64,000 nt of DNA, taken from contig NC_043015.1 of the NCBI RefSeq assembly GCF_006345805.1, positions 14,322,001-14,386,000 of the forward strand. Reading direction: 5' to 3'. Each line of letters opens with the position of its first letter. Position 1 is the first letter of the stretch. The DNA is from Octopus sinensis (lineage: Eukaryota). The translations under genes and the position numbers were made by a program. Below the pieces are notes generated by a model, which made no database searches, had not been told where the DNA came from, and saw only the letters and a list, made by a program, of their open reading frames with translations. Shown piece by piece: positions 24,319 to 37,346 of the stretch.

Positions 24319-24341
24319 ACCGAATAATTGTCACATATATA

Positions 24342-24390
<49 letters not shown>

Positions 24391-24438
24391 TATAATATGT
24401 ACATACTATCGGAATTGTACAGTATTATATATCCATCA

Positions 24439-24532
24439 CGGCTGATCTTACCAATTGGTTTCTTGCTAGATGTACGACAGAACATTAAGTAACAATCTGA
24501 TTATATAATCCTACACTCATCAGAGGCAGCCG
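24439..24532 (-). ncRNA. Type I hammerhead-like motif (stem II decayed)
   Basis: cggctg-cct-CTGATGA-gtgtagga...tctagcaa-GAAA-ccaattgg-TA-agat-cagccg, with a perfectly palindromic stem III. Confidence 0.6.
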
Positions 24533-24770
24533 ATATGCAAGGAAATATGGTGACTGTTCTCTATTGTTGGAGGAGACAGGACACATCTGGTTTGTGGTTG
24601 CTGTGAAAATGAACTGGGTAGAGGATTTAGTCAAGAGTTATGTCCCTTGGTACTGAGATCTCACTACTGGGTTAATTATGCTGTAAGTCGGTAACAGGTA
24701 TGTATATATATATATATTATATATATATATATATTATATATATAAATAATTTTTATTTTAGTAAGAACAC

Positions 24771-24812
24771 AACTGTCCTATGAACAATAATGTGAAACTC
24801 CGAGTAACAGTT
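24771..24812 (+). ncRNA. Hammerhead relic (core mutated)
   Basis: aactgt-CCTATGA-aca(ataa)tgt-GAAA-ctccgag-TA-acagtt. All three stems pair, but the core deviates from CUGANGA. Confidence 0.55.
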
Positions 24813-25012
24813 TGTGAAGATTTCTTTTCAGTTTCAATAAAAGCATATTACTCTACTTTCGGTATTCAAGTACTATTTCTTTTCCACTTTGTTATATGCT
24901 TACTTATGTGTATGTACTTGTAATGGAGATGACAAAAGATCAAAATGATTGGCAACACACATAGTTTTGGGGAAGACTCACACACCTAAGTGATGAAAGC
25001 CAAAAATGTGTA

Positions 25013-25522
25013 CCGTAAATCCTTGACAATAATCCGCATTTTTTTCCCAAAATTTAATGGTCAAAATCCCTAGTGCGTATTATACACGAGGTTAAAAATG
25101 AAAATTATTTTCTAAGCAATGTTCAAGTCTCTATTTGCTGTCCAGCAATGTTTATTCAGATGCATTTTGCAATGTCGGGTGCGAAAATATCTTAAGCTAA
25201 GCCAGAAAGCAATGAAGTCATAAAAGAATCATCCATAACTTGCAGTAAGCAACATTTATTAAACATTATTAGTTATTTCTTTATTTTCTGCAAACAAAAT
25301 GCACAAAAATGCTACACGTTTGCATTATGTTATATATACAATAATAATAAAGGACGTTACCATATACATTTTTACAAACCAAGGACGTTGTATAGACCTC
25401 CTTGACTCAAGTTAGAGAAGGGGTGCATATTATACACAAGGTTTAGGTTTTTCAGAGGTACAGCCTCCTAAAAATCCCCTTCATATTATACTCAAGAGCG
25501 GACTATACTCGAGGATTTACAG
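25013..25522. mobile_element. Tc2/pogo-like MITE
   Basis: TA-ccgtaaatccttgacaata ... tatactcgaggatttacag-TA, with internal repeats tattatacac(g/a)ag. Confidence 0.75.
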
Positions 25523-27021
25523 TAAACATTAAAAACTGGTAATGGTAATGAAGGCAGGAATGATAATGAAGGCATTTACCTTTGAATCTCAAGCCCAATA
25601 ATACCAGCTATGCCTCCATCTGCTGCCTAACCCACCACTTGACATCCCCTCTCTCTCCTTCCCTCTCTTTTATTCACTATACAATACTGCTAGTGTAACT
25701 AAGGTCCACATGCCCTCCTTCTACTATCCTCTCACCTCACAGTTTTCATCATTGCACTTTTGCCTTCTGCCACAAATCTCTCCACTATTCCCCATTCTCT
25801 ATGGCTTGAGTGAACAAGAATATCATGAAGCAGTGGAAATTCTTTAGTCTTAGAAGGTACAAGAGAGCCTTGCTAATACTGGTGATGGTGCCAAAAAGAG
25901 AATCACCCAGTATGCTCTAAAAATACAAGCAAAACGTAGTCCTCTGTTCCATCTCAGAGTTCAGAAACTCTGAATAAGAACTGACTCTAAGATGACCCAT
26001 CCAGTCTGTACCAGTATGGAAAATTGATGTAAATGGTGAAGACAATGATAACGATGATTTATATATATATATATATATATATAGGGAGAATTCACGAAAA
26101 AAACAAAAGAAGACAGGTGGTGTAGAAAACAAACAGATGTATTAATATAACGCTCAGGAATTGAAAAAGTTTTTGGCGTTTCGAGCCTACAGAAGGAACA
26201 CAAAAAGAAACAAGGAGAGAAAAAAAATGTGTGTAGTGGCTACCGATCTATCATGGCGACTGACGGACAGAAGGGTCACACAGGAGAGCAAATAAGTAGG
26301 GGACATAACAAAGTAAAGGTGATCCCAAAATGAAGGTGCATGTGTGTGTAAGAGATTACATATGTGCGTGTGGAAGAGGGCTGGTGGTCTTGACGTGTGT
26401 GTGTGTGTGTGTATGTGTAGGTGTGAAAATGTGGGGATGGGAATTGGTCAATGCTGGTGTGTGGGTGGTGTGTGTTGTGATGTGATGTGTAGTGTGGTAT
26501 GGTGTAGTGTGGTGTGGTGTGATGTTGTTGGGAGGTGGGGGAGGCAAGAGTGGGGAAAACACAGGTGGAGTGTGGGTTAGGTTGAGGGTTGGGGTAGAGT
26601 TGGAGTATGTGGGTAGGCAGAGGGTGGGGATAGAGGTGGGGTATGTGGGAGGGGGTGTAAGGGATGGGATGGGGTGGGATGGGAAGGATAGGGAAGTAGT
26701 TCATTCAGGTACTGATATCACAAATAGCCAGTAGATTTATTAAACAATAATTAATAGCGACAGAAGCAATACTGATACAAAAAGCAATCGTTATTGCCAA
26801 CTTAATGCTGATGTTGTGTTAGAACACTGAATACTGCGTTATTTAGCATGAGAGAATCTCTCATAAGGACAGTGGTGCATAAAAGCACTCTTGTTTATAT
26901 CGATGACAGATGAGAATCATCTGCTAAAGCTGGCAAAAGAACCAGGTCATGAGACATGATAGCTGAATATCTCGGTCAACGATATACTGAGTATTTATGT
27001 TTGTGATTGCGTATACATATA

Positions 27022-27310
27022 CAGGGTGTGGTGAATACACTGTCATCTAAATTACGCAAAAATGAAAATAACACTGACATCTCATTTTAACAAATATACT
27101 CTTTTACTTGTTTCAGCCATTTGACTATGGCCATGCTGGAGCACCACCTTTAGTCGAGCAAATAGACCCCAGGACTTATTCTTTGTAAGCCCAGTACTTA
27201 TTCTATTGGTCTCTTTTGCCAAACCACTAAGTTATGGGGACGTAAACACACCAGCATCAGTTGGCAAGCGATGTTGGGGGGACAAACACAGATACAAACC
27301 TATACACACA

Positions 27311-27350
<40 letters not shown>

Positions 27351-27852
27351 GACGGGCTTCTTTCAGTTTCTGTCTACCAAATCCACTCACAAGGCTTTGG
27401 TCGGCCCGAGGCTATAGTAGAAGACACTTGCCCAAGGTGTCATGCAGAGGGACTGAACCCGGAACTACCTCCAGGCACCTGATGTAGGCCTCCATGTTGA
27501 GTCTGAGGCCTTGGAGGAAGATGAATGGAGGCATAATGTCACCATCACTAGTGGTCACTCTAAACACCATGATGTTGACTGGATGTTTGATTTTTATCAC
27601 TCTTGGTACATGTCCTCAGATTGACACCCAAACACTATGAAATATTCCTATTGGAACTTCCAGCGCAAATGCCAAGCAGTACAGCATATTATTTCCAAAT
27701 TTCTGGCTGAGTGAATTGTGTCATGGGGCTTTTTTTTTCACAGACAGTGCCCAACTGACCCTACCATACTGTGTAGGTGACAAAATCAGAAACAAACAAT
27801 CCACATGCATGAAATTAAAAATATAAAATGGTGACAATGTACCCATCACACC

Positions 27853-27855
<3 letters not shown>
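27022..27855 (-). mobile_element. maT/DD37D-like Tc1-mariner deletion derivative interrupted by a SINE
   Basis: TA-cagggtg termini and KHPVNIMVF..TSDGDIMPPFIF..LRLN. Homologous to 46745-47588. Confidence 0.75.
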
Positions 27856-27890
<35 letters not shown>

Positions 27891-29046
27891 CAGGAAGCTT
27901 TACGAAAATAAACAAAAGACGAAGGCAGGTGGAGTACAAACAAACAATTGTATTAGTATGGCGCTCAGGAATGGAAATAAAACAAGCGTTTTATGTTTCG
28001 AGCCTACGCTCTTCAACACAAAGATACACAGAAAAGAAACACGGAGAGAAACAAGGAGAGAAAAAAAATGCGTGCAGGAGCTAACGAATCAACATGGCGG
28101 TCTGATTTCGGCCAGAAGTCAGAGATCAGACGTTAGATGCAAGAGGGAAAGTAGGGCAGATAACAGGGTTTTATATATATATATATATAAATATATATAT
28201 ATTTAAAATGTATGTAGCGATGTATGTGTATGTAGCGATACACATGTATGTGTATGTAGCGATAAATTATCCAGCTTGTTACTGTATACTAGGACTCGGT
28301 TATAATCTGGATTCAAGGTAATCGCATTGAGTAGTAAGGCACACCTAGGATTACTTAGGGTGCAGAATCCCACCGTAATTCATCCAATGGGTAAATCTTG
28401 AGTTCACTTCACTGAATTAGGAATAATTTCAGGAGTGTAAATCCAAGACAACTACAATAAAGTTCAAAACTGAGAGTCCAAGACCCCGAAGTGTATTTCT
28501 CAATGTCTTTTACAACAACAGTTCCTTAACAGTAGACAAGAACAAGCCCTAATATGTTCACACTTACAAAGGTGGACTTTTGAATACTTCAATGCAAGCA
28601 ATGTATAAGTTAGTATCCTTCACACAAATAGGAGATACATGAGTTTACAGGATAAATGTCAGGGTCGTTTGACTTTCAAGTAGCAATTGATATTCTCATT
28701 GAATTGAAATCTTTTTATAAATCATAGCAATGCATATAGGGTGTAAAAATTGCACAGAATCTAAAATTCAGTTACACAGAAATTTCAAATTGCCATCATA
28801 AATAAGTATCTCATATTACATGTCCATTTTAATCTGATTGAATTTAATCTCATTTAGTTCCTAGTTGTTGTACAAAACATTGAGAAATAAAAGTCTCAGT
28901 TTCGGACTTAAATCTAATCCTGCAGTAATTTATACAGCCATATCAAGCTTCTAAATTTCCACCTCACTTTATTATAACCTAGCAATATATACATTATTTA
29001 AATTATTTACATTTCACGGATATTTGTCCTCATCTTGTTTCTTGTT

Positions 29047-29089
29047 AACACGTTTCGGCTGATATACCCTCCAGCCTTCATCAGGTGTC
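29047..29089 (-). ncRNA. Minimal hammerhead-like motif
   Basis: CTGATGA-a-ggctg[10 nt]cagcc-GAAA-cgtgtt. Core and stem II are clean; stems I and III are uncertain. Confidence 0.5.
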
Positions 29090-29100
29090 TTGGGAAAATT

Positions 29101-29242
29101 GTTGAACTTCACTTTATGCAGCAATGCTTTTCCCATGGTCAGCTCAGTTGGTTGTTCCAGAGTTGAAAATGACAACAACCTCTTCATACCCACATCAAAT
29201 GGTAAAACCAAGAATGTTGTTTATCCTGCTGCTTTACAGTGA
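29101..29242 (+). pseudogene. Helitron Pif1-like helicase C-terminal fragment
   Basis: CFSHGQL/(frameshift)VGCSRVENDNNLFIPTSNGKTKNVVYPAALQ*, the typical RepHel ending. Confidence 0.75.
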
Positions 29243-29402
29243 TCTCCACATGTCACAGTGATACAACATTCTCCAAATGTGATATTCTGTGACAGAAATC
29301 TGAGATGGTAGGATACCAATAAATGGTTTATTATTATTCCTCTCTTTAGTTTTGGACTGCAGGCCCAATTAGCCCTCTGCAGGAGCTAGCTTAAAAGTCC
29401 AC

Positions 29403-29455
<53 letters not shown>

Positions 29456-29457
29456 TG

Positions 29458-29489
<32 letters not shown>

Positions 29490-29695
29490 TACATACATAC
29501 ATACATACATACATACATACATACATACTACATACATACATACATACCACACACACACATACATACACACACAGTGACGAAGAAGAGAGAACTGCCTTGC
29601 ACCAAATATAAAAGTACACATTGAAAATTATTACAAAGGATTTCAATTCAAGTACACTACCTCCTGCATACACCAACCAGAAGTACAATATCTCC

Positions 29696-30340
29696 TGTTA
29701 TTGTGTCCTTGCTAGCAATTAATATTTACATACCAGTTGCCAGGAATGTGTTCAACATGTAAATTAGTCTATCTAATAGTGTTACACTGCTAAACTTAAT
29801 GCATATTTAAGCAATGCACTCGTGGATAGTTGGTGGGTTGGGTGCAGTACTGATGAGAGAGCAAGAACTCTTGAAATGTGCATATACACCCACTAACCTA
29901 TTTTTTTCTATTTTCAATTCCATTGTTTATGTAGACGTATTCATATATGAAACATTATAACTTTCAGTGCTGGCTCTGAACTCTACAAAAAATTTGTAGA
30001 GATAAACTTAAAAACAAGAACATTGCACTGCTAACACAAAAGACACAATATTAACTTGAAAACCTTTAATAAACTTGGTACTATATTAGGGTTGCAAAAT
30101 AAAATACTGTGTCCTTACTAGCAATTAATATTTAGGTACCAGTTGCTAGGAATGTGTTCAATATGTAAATTGATTTATCCAATAGTGTTACACTGCTAAA
30201 CTTAGTGGATATTTAAGCAATGCATTTGTGGATAGTTGGTGGGTCGGATGTGTTGTTGTTGAAAGAACAATAACTCTTGAAATATGCATATACACTTATA
30301 TAACTATTTTTCTATCTTCGATCACCTTGCTTACATAGAC
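29696..30340 (+). repeat. Diverged tandem duplication (period ~407 bp) carrying a hammerhead in each copy
   Basis: gtgtcctt(g/a)ctagcaattaatattt at 29703 and 30110; similarity extends ~235 bp through the ribozyme motif. Confidence 0.85.
29829..29897 (+). ncRNA. Type I hammerhead ribozyme (best-preserved copy)
   Basis: Stem I gttggtgggt..gta / tac-acccactaac, core CTGATGA (29850-29856), stem II gagag/ctctt, GAAA (29873-29876), stem III atg-tg-cat. Predicted cleavage after A29884. Confidence 0.75.
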
Positions 30341-30828
30341 TATCACCTGCTACACTAACCAACATCTCTGATACTCAGTAATTTGTCCAACTCATTTGCA
30401 TTTCATCTCCCTTTTAAATTACATGATACAACCAACAGAATGTTGCTCATTCTTGCCTAGTTGCTGCATGATATTCGTGCTTCACTGTCCATGATTCCCT
30501 GTTATATTTCATTACACAGTCTGCCATTTCCACATGGATAAAAATCTATACCGATTCAATAACACAGTTTAAACTTCTAACACCTTCATATCCTAACATA
30601 TCATATCACCAGCTTTATCCCAAACAGTTATGTTTGTATCAAAAATCTATACACTACTAGTTACAGCAAGAAAAATACTTTGGTTGGCAAAACTAGCACA
30701 TCTGGGACAATGGAACTGTTGATTTGCTGTTGTCTATATAAACTAAGTGTTTATTTGAGAATTAATTTGAAAATTCTTGCTTCACTATAGTCACAAGTCT
30801 ATTGAATAAAGAGAGATGGGGGAGGGGG

Positions 30829-30884
<56 letters not shown>

Positions 30885-31955
30885 CATATTCAGTTTCTCA
30901 AAATATATTTATATACAGGGGAATCAGTTCTCAAACATGAAGTAACTATTCTTCATTCCTTTCACCAAATTTGAAAGTAAACTCCTTTAATACAACATCA
31001 ATAATCAAGAAAGCTAGAGTGATATTAAAGACTGACATTCCATTATAGTTTAGTTAGCAACGCCTTACATAAACATTCTAGCTAATGCATTATCAGTAAA
31101 AAATGAATTATTCAAAACCAACAAACAATTTACAAGTAAGCTACATTAATCCAGTTATGCCAAGTGTTGACTGATTTAAAACATTTTGGTGCCTAAGCAA
31201 AGGTACAAAGTCCAGTTATAGGTGACAAAAAGAAGTTAGCCAAATCATAATATTCGACACAGTCTGTTTGGCCATGAAGATATACAAGTTTTAATTAAAA
31301 GGAGAATATTTTCATCACATCCTTATTCAGTCAATAGTTTCACCTTCTTAATTTCTTCTACAAAAAGAGGAAATTTACCTAAAAATGGTATAAGCTTAAT
31401 TTATTAATATTCTTGGTATGAAATTAAATAACATTACAAATTTAATCCTAATATTGGTCTCAGATTTAGACACAAGGCCAGCAAGTTTCAGGGAGGAGCT
31501 AATCAATTAAACTGACCCCCAGTGCTCAACCGGTACTTATTTTATTGACCCCAAAAGGAAGAAAGTCAAAATCAACCCTGATGGAACTTGAACTCAGAAC
31601 GTAAAGACAGACAAACTGCCGCTAAGCATTTCGCCTGGCATGCAAACAATTCTTCCAGCTTGCCACCTTAATTTTAATCCTAATATTGGCACCAACCAAT
31701 GGTAACAATAGTTAAATTAAGGAAAACTATAATTTGTCATCTCCATCATCTTCATCATTCAAAATGGTTCTTCTTTTTATTCTTTTACTTGTTTCAGTCA
31801 TTAGACTGGGGCCATGCTGGAAGAATTTTAGTCAAATGAATTGACAACAGTTCTCATTTTTTAAGCCTGGTACTTATTTTATCAGTCTTTTTTGCTAAGC
31901 TGCTAAGTTACAGGAACATAGACAAGCCAACATCAGATGTCAAGCAGTGGTGATG

Positions 31956-31989
<34 letters not shown>

Positions 31990-32410
31990 AAAAAAAAAAC
32001 TTCTTTCAGTTTCTGTCAACCAAATCCACTAGCAAGGCTTTGGCTGGCCTGAGGTTATAGAAGACACTTTCCCAAAGAGCCATATACTGGGACTGAACCC
32101 AGAACCATGTGGATGGGAAGCAAACTTCTTACCACACAGCCATATCTGCACCTTCACACAGCCATGCCTGCACCTTCACAGCCATACCTGCACCTTCACA
32201 CAGCCTATGACTAATAGTTTTATAAAGGTGCGATTTAATTATTGGCAATTATTATTAAAAGAATATCTTTAGATCATCATACAAAAATTAAAATATTATA
32301 AATTAAAAAACACTGAACCAATTTATACCACAGATTTATATTGGCCTGGCAGCCAGTGCACATGATCAGTAAATTTCTACTGATTTTCTATAAGGAAGAC
32401 AAGACTTCCA

Positions 32411-32504
32411 ATCATTTCAGAGTTGTCCCTCTTAGTATCTAATACTGATGAGAGCATAAAGAGCTTAAAATGCATATGTAGTCCATAGGGGATGTCTGAA
32501 ATGA
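32411..32504 (+). ncRNA. Hammerhead relic (GAAA to AAAA)
   Basis: CTGATGA-gagc(ataaaga)gctt-AAAA-tgca-TA, inside a long flanking stem tcatttcaga/tctgaaatga. Confidence 0.5.
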
Positions 32505-32595
32505 CTTTGGCATTTTACATCTTTTGCCTAATGTGAAAATTTTTCTCCATGACAAACCACAGTGAAAATAGCCCTTTTTTACAGGTCATATATAC

Positions 32596-32994
32596 TCTTT
32601 TACTTGTTTCAGTCATTTGACTGCGGCCATGCTGGAGCACCGCCTTAAATCGAGCAACTCGACCCCGGGACTTATTCCTTTGTAAGCCCAGTACTTATTC
32701 TATCGGTCTCTTTTGCCGAACCGCTAAGAAACAGGGACATAAACACACCAGCCTCGGTTGTCAAGCAATGCTAGGGAGACAATCACAGACACACAAACAC
32801 ACACACGCATATATAGATATACACATATATACGACGGGCTTCTTTCAGTTTCTGTCTACCAAATCCACTCACAAGGCTTTGGTCGGCCCGAGGCTATAGC
32901 AGAAGACACTTACCCAAGGTGCCACGCAGTGGGACTGAACCCGGAACCATGTGGTTGGTAAACAAGCTACTAACCACACAGCCACTCCTGCGCC
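32596..32994 (-). mobile_element. Well-preserved full-length copy of the major tRNA-derived SINE
   Basis: ggcgcaggagTGGCTGTGTGG (A-box-like)...GGTTCAGTCCC (B-box-like)...cagtcaaatgactgaaacaagtaaaaga. Confidence 0.9.
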
Positions 32995-35900
32995 TATGTC
33001 TCAAATATATTTGAACTGATCTAAAGGTTTGTTTATTTCAAATCAGTTTCTTGTGCCAACCATGCAAAAGAACCTTTGTAGTATACACACTCACAAGTAA
33101 GTCTCATGGATCTCACCTCACTGATATCATCTTACTTTGGAGCAAACAAGAACTAGTTTGAGACTGGAGTATCAGTCATCTCAACTTTGATAAAGTATAT
33201 ATTGAGACCGTATATTAGTCACTTTTGTTTCACAACAATAATAATATAATTTAAGAAATGGTGACGAGGATAATGGAAAAGCCTACCACTGAAGTCAAAG
33301 TCATCTGTCCTTCAAAGAACCAACGTATTTCTTTTTTATTCATCTTCTTGGTAGAGTCAAGGAACATGATTGATAGCTACCCACAAATTCATTCCTTTTG
33401 CATGAGTAACAAATGAAATAACCTCCTCCAAAATTAATGCTGACATATTTATTGTTAGCAAAGAAGTTCATTTTACAACCATGTGATTATGAGTTTCATT
33501 CTACTATACGGATCCGTGAGCAATTGTCTTCTACCATAGTACCAGGTTCACCAATATCTTGTGAATAAAATTAGATGAAAAACGTGCAGAACCCCATTAT
33601 ATTTATAAACTGGTGTATGTGTACAAGCAAAAGGTATATACACTGCCAAGAAAACTGCCAATAAACAGCTGCCATTGAGCAAAAATACTTCATAGTATTT
33701 ATTCCATTCCAGTTACACAGACATTCCCTTGTCATAATTGCTATCAGAAATGCAGTAAGCCAATAATTGATCTGTTAGAAACTAATGCTGTTGTTCATAA
33801 GATACATGATATAAAAAGAAAATTAGAATAAGCCAACTATCAAATTATCTAGTGAAATTATGAAAATTCAAGCCATCATCTTTATATCAGTTAAGAGATA
33901 TTGGCTGATCTCATACATTAAACAACGTAAATAGGTCTCCATTTGGAAATATGCTTCTAACAGCACTAATGCCTTCCAGAAATATAGGGTGCTCAAAGAC
34001 TTCTCGTCCTCTGTAGTGATTACAATAGACTGAGGCATAACCTTTGAAACCTAACTAAGGCTATTTAGGGACACCCAAAACATTAAAATATGTTTCATTC
34101 ATATTTCTAATTGTTGATTAGCAATTGACCTGTCAGATATCAACAAACTTTTGTTTTGAGAGTTAGAGGTTTTCCTTTTTTGGGTAATAAAGAGAGAATG
34201 TCTTGGTTTATAAAAGCTTAACAAAAGACAACACATATTGCTAAATAAGGAATCTGGAATGATAAGAATCATTTTACCTAAAAATGAAAAGTGTTCAATA
34301 GTAGTTTTTTTTTTCTTTTTTTTGTGTATTTTGGATATTTCTATTAAGAAAAAGAAATGTAAAAGAATGAATTTAGATATAAGTATTTATTACATATTCT
34401 TCTGTTCTTTTACTTGTTTCAGTCATTTGACCACACCCATGCTGAAGGACTGCTTTGGGGGGTTTTAGTCAAACAAATCATCCCCAGAACTTATTTTGTT
34501 AAGCCTAGTACTTATTTTATCAGTCTCTTTTGCTGAACTGCTAAGTTATGGGGACATAAACACACCAACACTGGTTGTCAAGCGGTGATGGGAGAACAAA
34601 CACAGACACAAAGACACACACACACACACACACATATATACAACAGGCTTCTTTCGGTTTCCATCTACCAAATCCACTCGTGAGGATTTGGTTGGCTCGA
34701 GGCTATAGTAGGTACCATGCAGTGGGACTGAATCTGGAACTATGTGATTGCGAAGCAAGCTTCTTACCACACAGCAACACTGTGTGGTAAGAAGTGAAAC
34801 CAATAAGCAGTGATTAAATAAAACATTTTACTGATATGTATACTAGGGTCAAATTTATTCTGTTATAATTCTTGATATAGAAGCAAGAATAGGTATAACA
34901 GTTCTTTATAGTATATTCATTCTTAGAACTTCTCTGATGGCTTCTGATATAGACACAAGGCCAGCAATTTTTTTTTTTATATTAAGGGGAGCAGGTAAGC
35001 CAATACCATAAATAGCTGTACTTAAATTGACTGGTACTTAACTTTATCAACCCTGAAGGATGAAAGGCAAAGCTGATCTCAGCAGGATTTGAACTCAGAA
35101 CACTAAGAGCTGAGAAAAACTGTTTCATGGATTATAAAGCAAAAATCCAATACTGAGTAGAAAACTAAAAATATAAAAGCTTATTATGAGTTGTATAAAG
35201 AAAAAAATAACCTCACAAATTGTAAAAAAAGGCAATTGGTGTCAGAAAGAAGACTTTAACAGTCTTACATACAGAAGTAGAGAAAGGAGTTAAGATTTAC
35301 TTATGAAAGCAGAATGATGACACGTAGGTCATTAACCATTCAACTCTCATACCACTAAAAATAAAAAATAATGTAGAACAAATAAGTACATCTAAATATG
35401 TTTAAATAAAGTAATTCTAACTGAAGATGAAGCAACAAAGGAATGACAATGTTTCTTATTTAAATTTAATAAGAAAAAAAAAAGAGTTTTTCCATCCCAA
35501 AATTACATAAAATGCATTTAAATAATGTGCTTTAAAATGGCTAAAAATACATTTCTTACAATTTTGTTTTTATAAATATAGGGGGATTATACACCTTCAA
35601 ATTATAATCTCAATGCTAAGAAAAAAATTGAGTAAGAGACTGGAAAACAACAAACAGTTTTACATATACTAAAAATAACATTAAAAATGTCAGAAAACAT
35701 CTATTATCAGCTAGCAACTATTTAGTATGTTCATTTAAATGAGGCGTAGTAAATAGTTTTGTCCTGAATGGAATGCTTTAAGTAATACGCCAGAAAGGAA
35801 TGCAAAAACAAATACATTACAGGTAAGACACTGTTGTGAATATTCAGGTCAAAACTTGAATATTTGGTTTTGTCAATAAAAGAACTTTTGAAAAGACCAA

Positions 35901-36048
35901 GTCTGAACAACATGTCTTGGTCTTTTGAAAGTAAGCTATGAAAAGCATCAACAGTTAAAGTTCATGCAAACTTTAGAATACAAAAACAGAAAAAGAAAGA
36001 TGCAGGTATTTCAATAAAAATATATTAGCTGTATATGTTATGAGATTA

Positions 36049-36049
<1 letters not shown>

Positions 36050-36131
<82 letters not shown>

Positions 36132-36343
36132 ATATATGTATATATGTATATATATATGTATACATATATATATAATATATATACACATATATACACACAT
36201 ATATATATATATTATATATATATATATATACATACATATATATTATATATACATACATATATATATATATATACATACATACATAATATATATATATACA
36301 TACATACATATATATATATATACATACATACATATATATATAT

Positions 36344-36402
<59 letters not shown>

Positions 36403-36721
36403 CATACATACATATATATAATATATACATACATATATATATATATACATACATATATATATATATAATACATACATACATATATATATATATACATACA
36501 TACATATATATATATATACATACATACATATATATATATATATACATACATACATATATATATATATTATATACATACATACATATATATATATATATAC
36601 ATACATATATATATATATATATACATACATATATATATATATATATACATACATACATATATATATATATATACATACATACATATATATTATATATATA
36701 CATACATACATATATATATAT

Positions 36722-36754
<33 letters not shown>

Positions 36755-36935
36755 CATACATATATATATATATATACATACATACATATATATATATATA
36801 TACTACATACATACATATATATATTATATACATACATACATATTATATATATATACATACATACATACATACTATATATATATACATACATACATAATAT
36901 ATATATACATACAACATACATACATATATATATAT

Positions 36936-36966
<31 letters not shown>

Positions 36967-37002
36967 CATACAATATATATATATATATATACATACATAT
37001 AT

Positions 37003-37034
<32 letters not shown>

Positions 37035-37037
37035 CAC

Positions 37038-37071
<34 letters not shown>

Positions 37072-37205
37072 TACATATATATTATATATATATACATACA
37101 TACATATATTATATATATATATAATATTATATATATATATATTATATATATATACATACATACATATATATATATGTATATATATATATATGTATATATA
37201 CACAC
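36050..37205. repeat. ~1.15-kb compound (TA)n/(TACA)n microsatellite
   Basis: Seen directly in the sequence; it is the source of the long YI/YT/CM low-complexity ORFs. Confidence 0.97.
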
Positions 37206-37285
37206 ACAAATAAGAAAATGGAGGAACAAATTCATTTCAATCATCCCATAGTGGGTTACCCTCATAACCCCTATCTTACTTTGTA

Positions 37286-37346
<61 letters not shown>

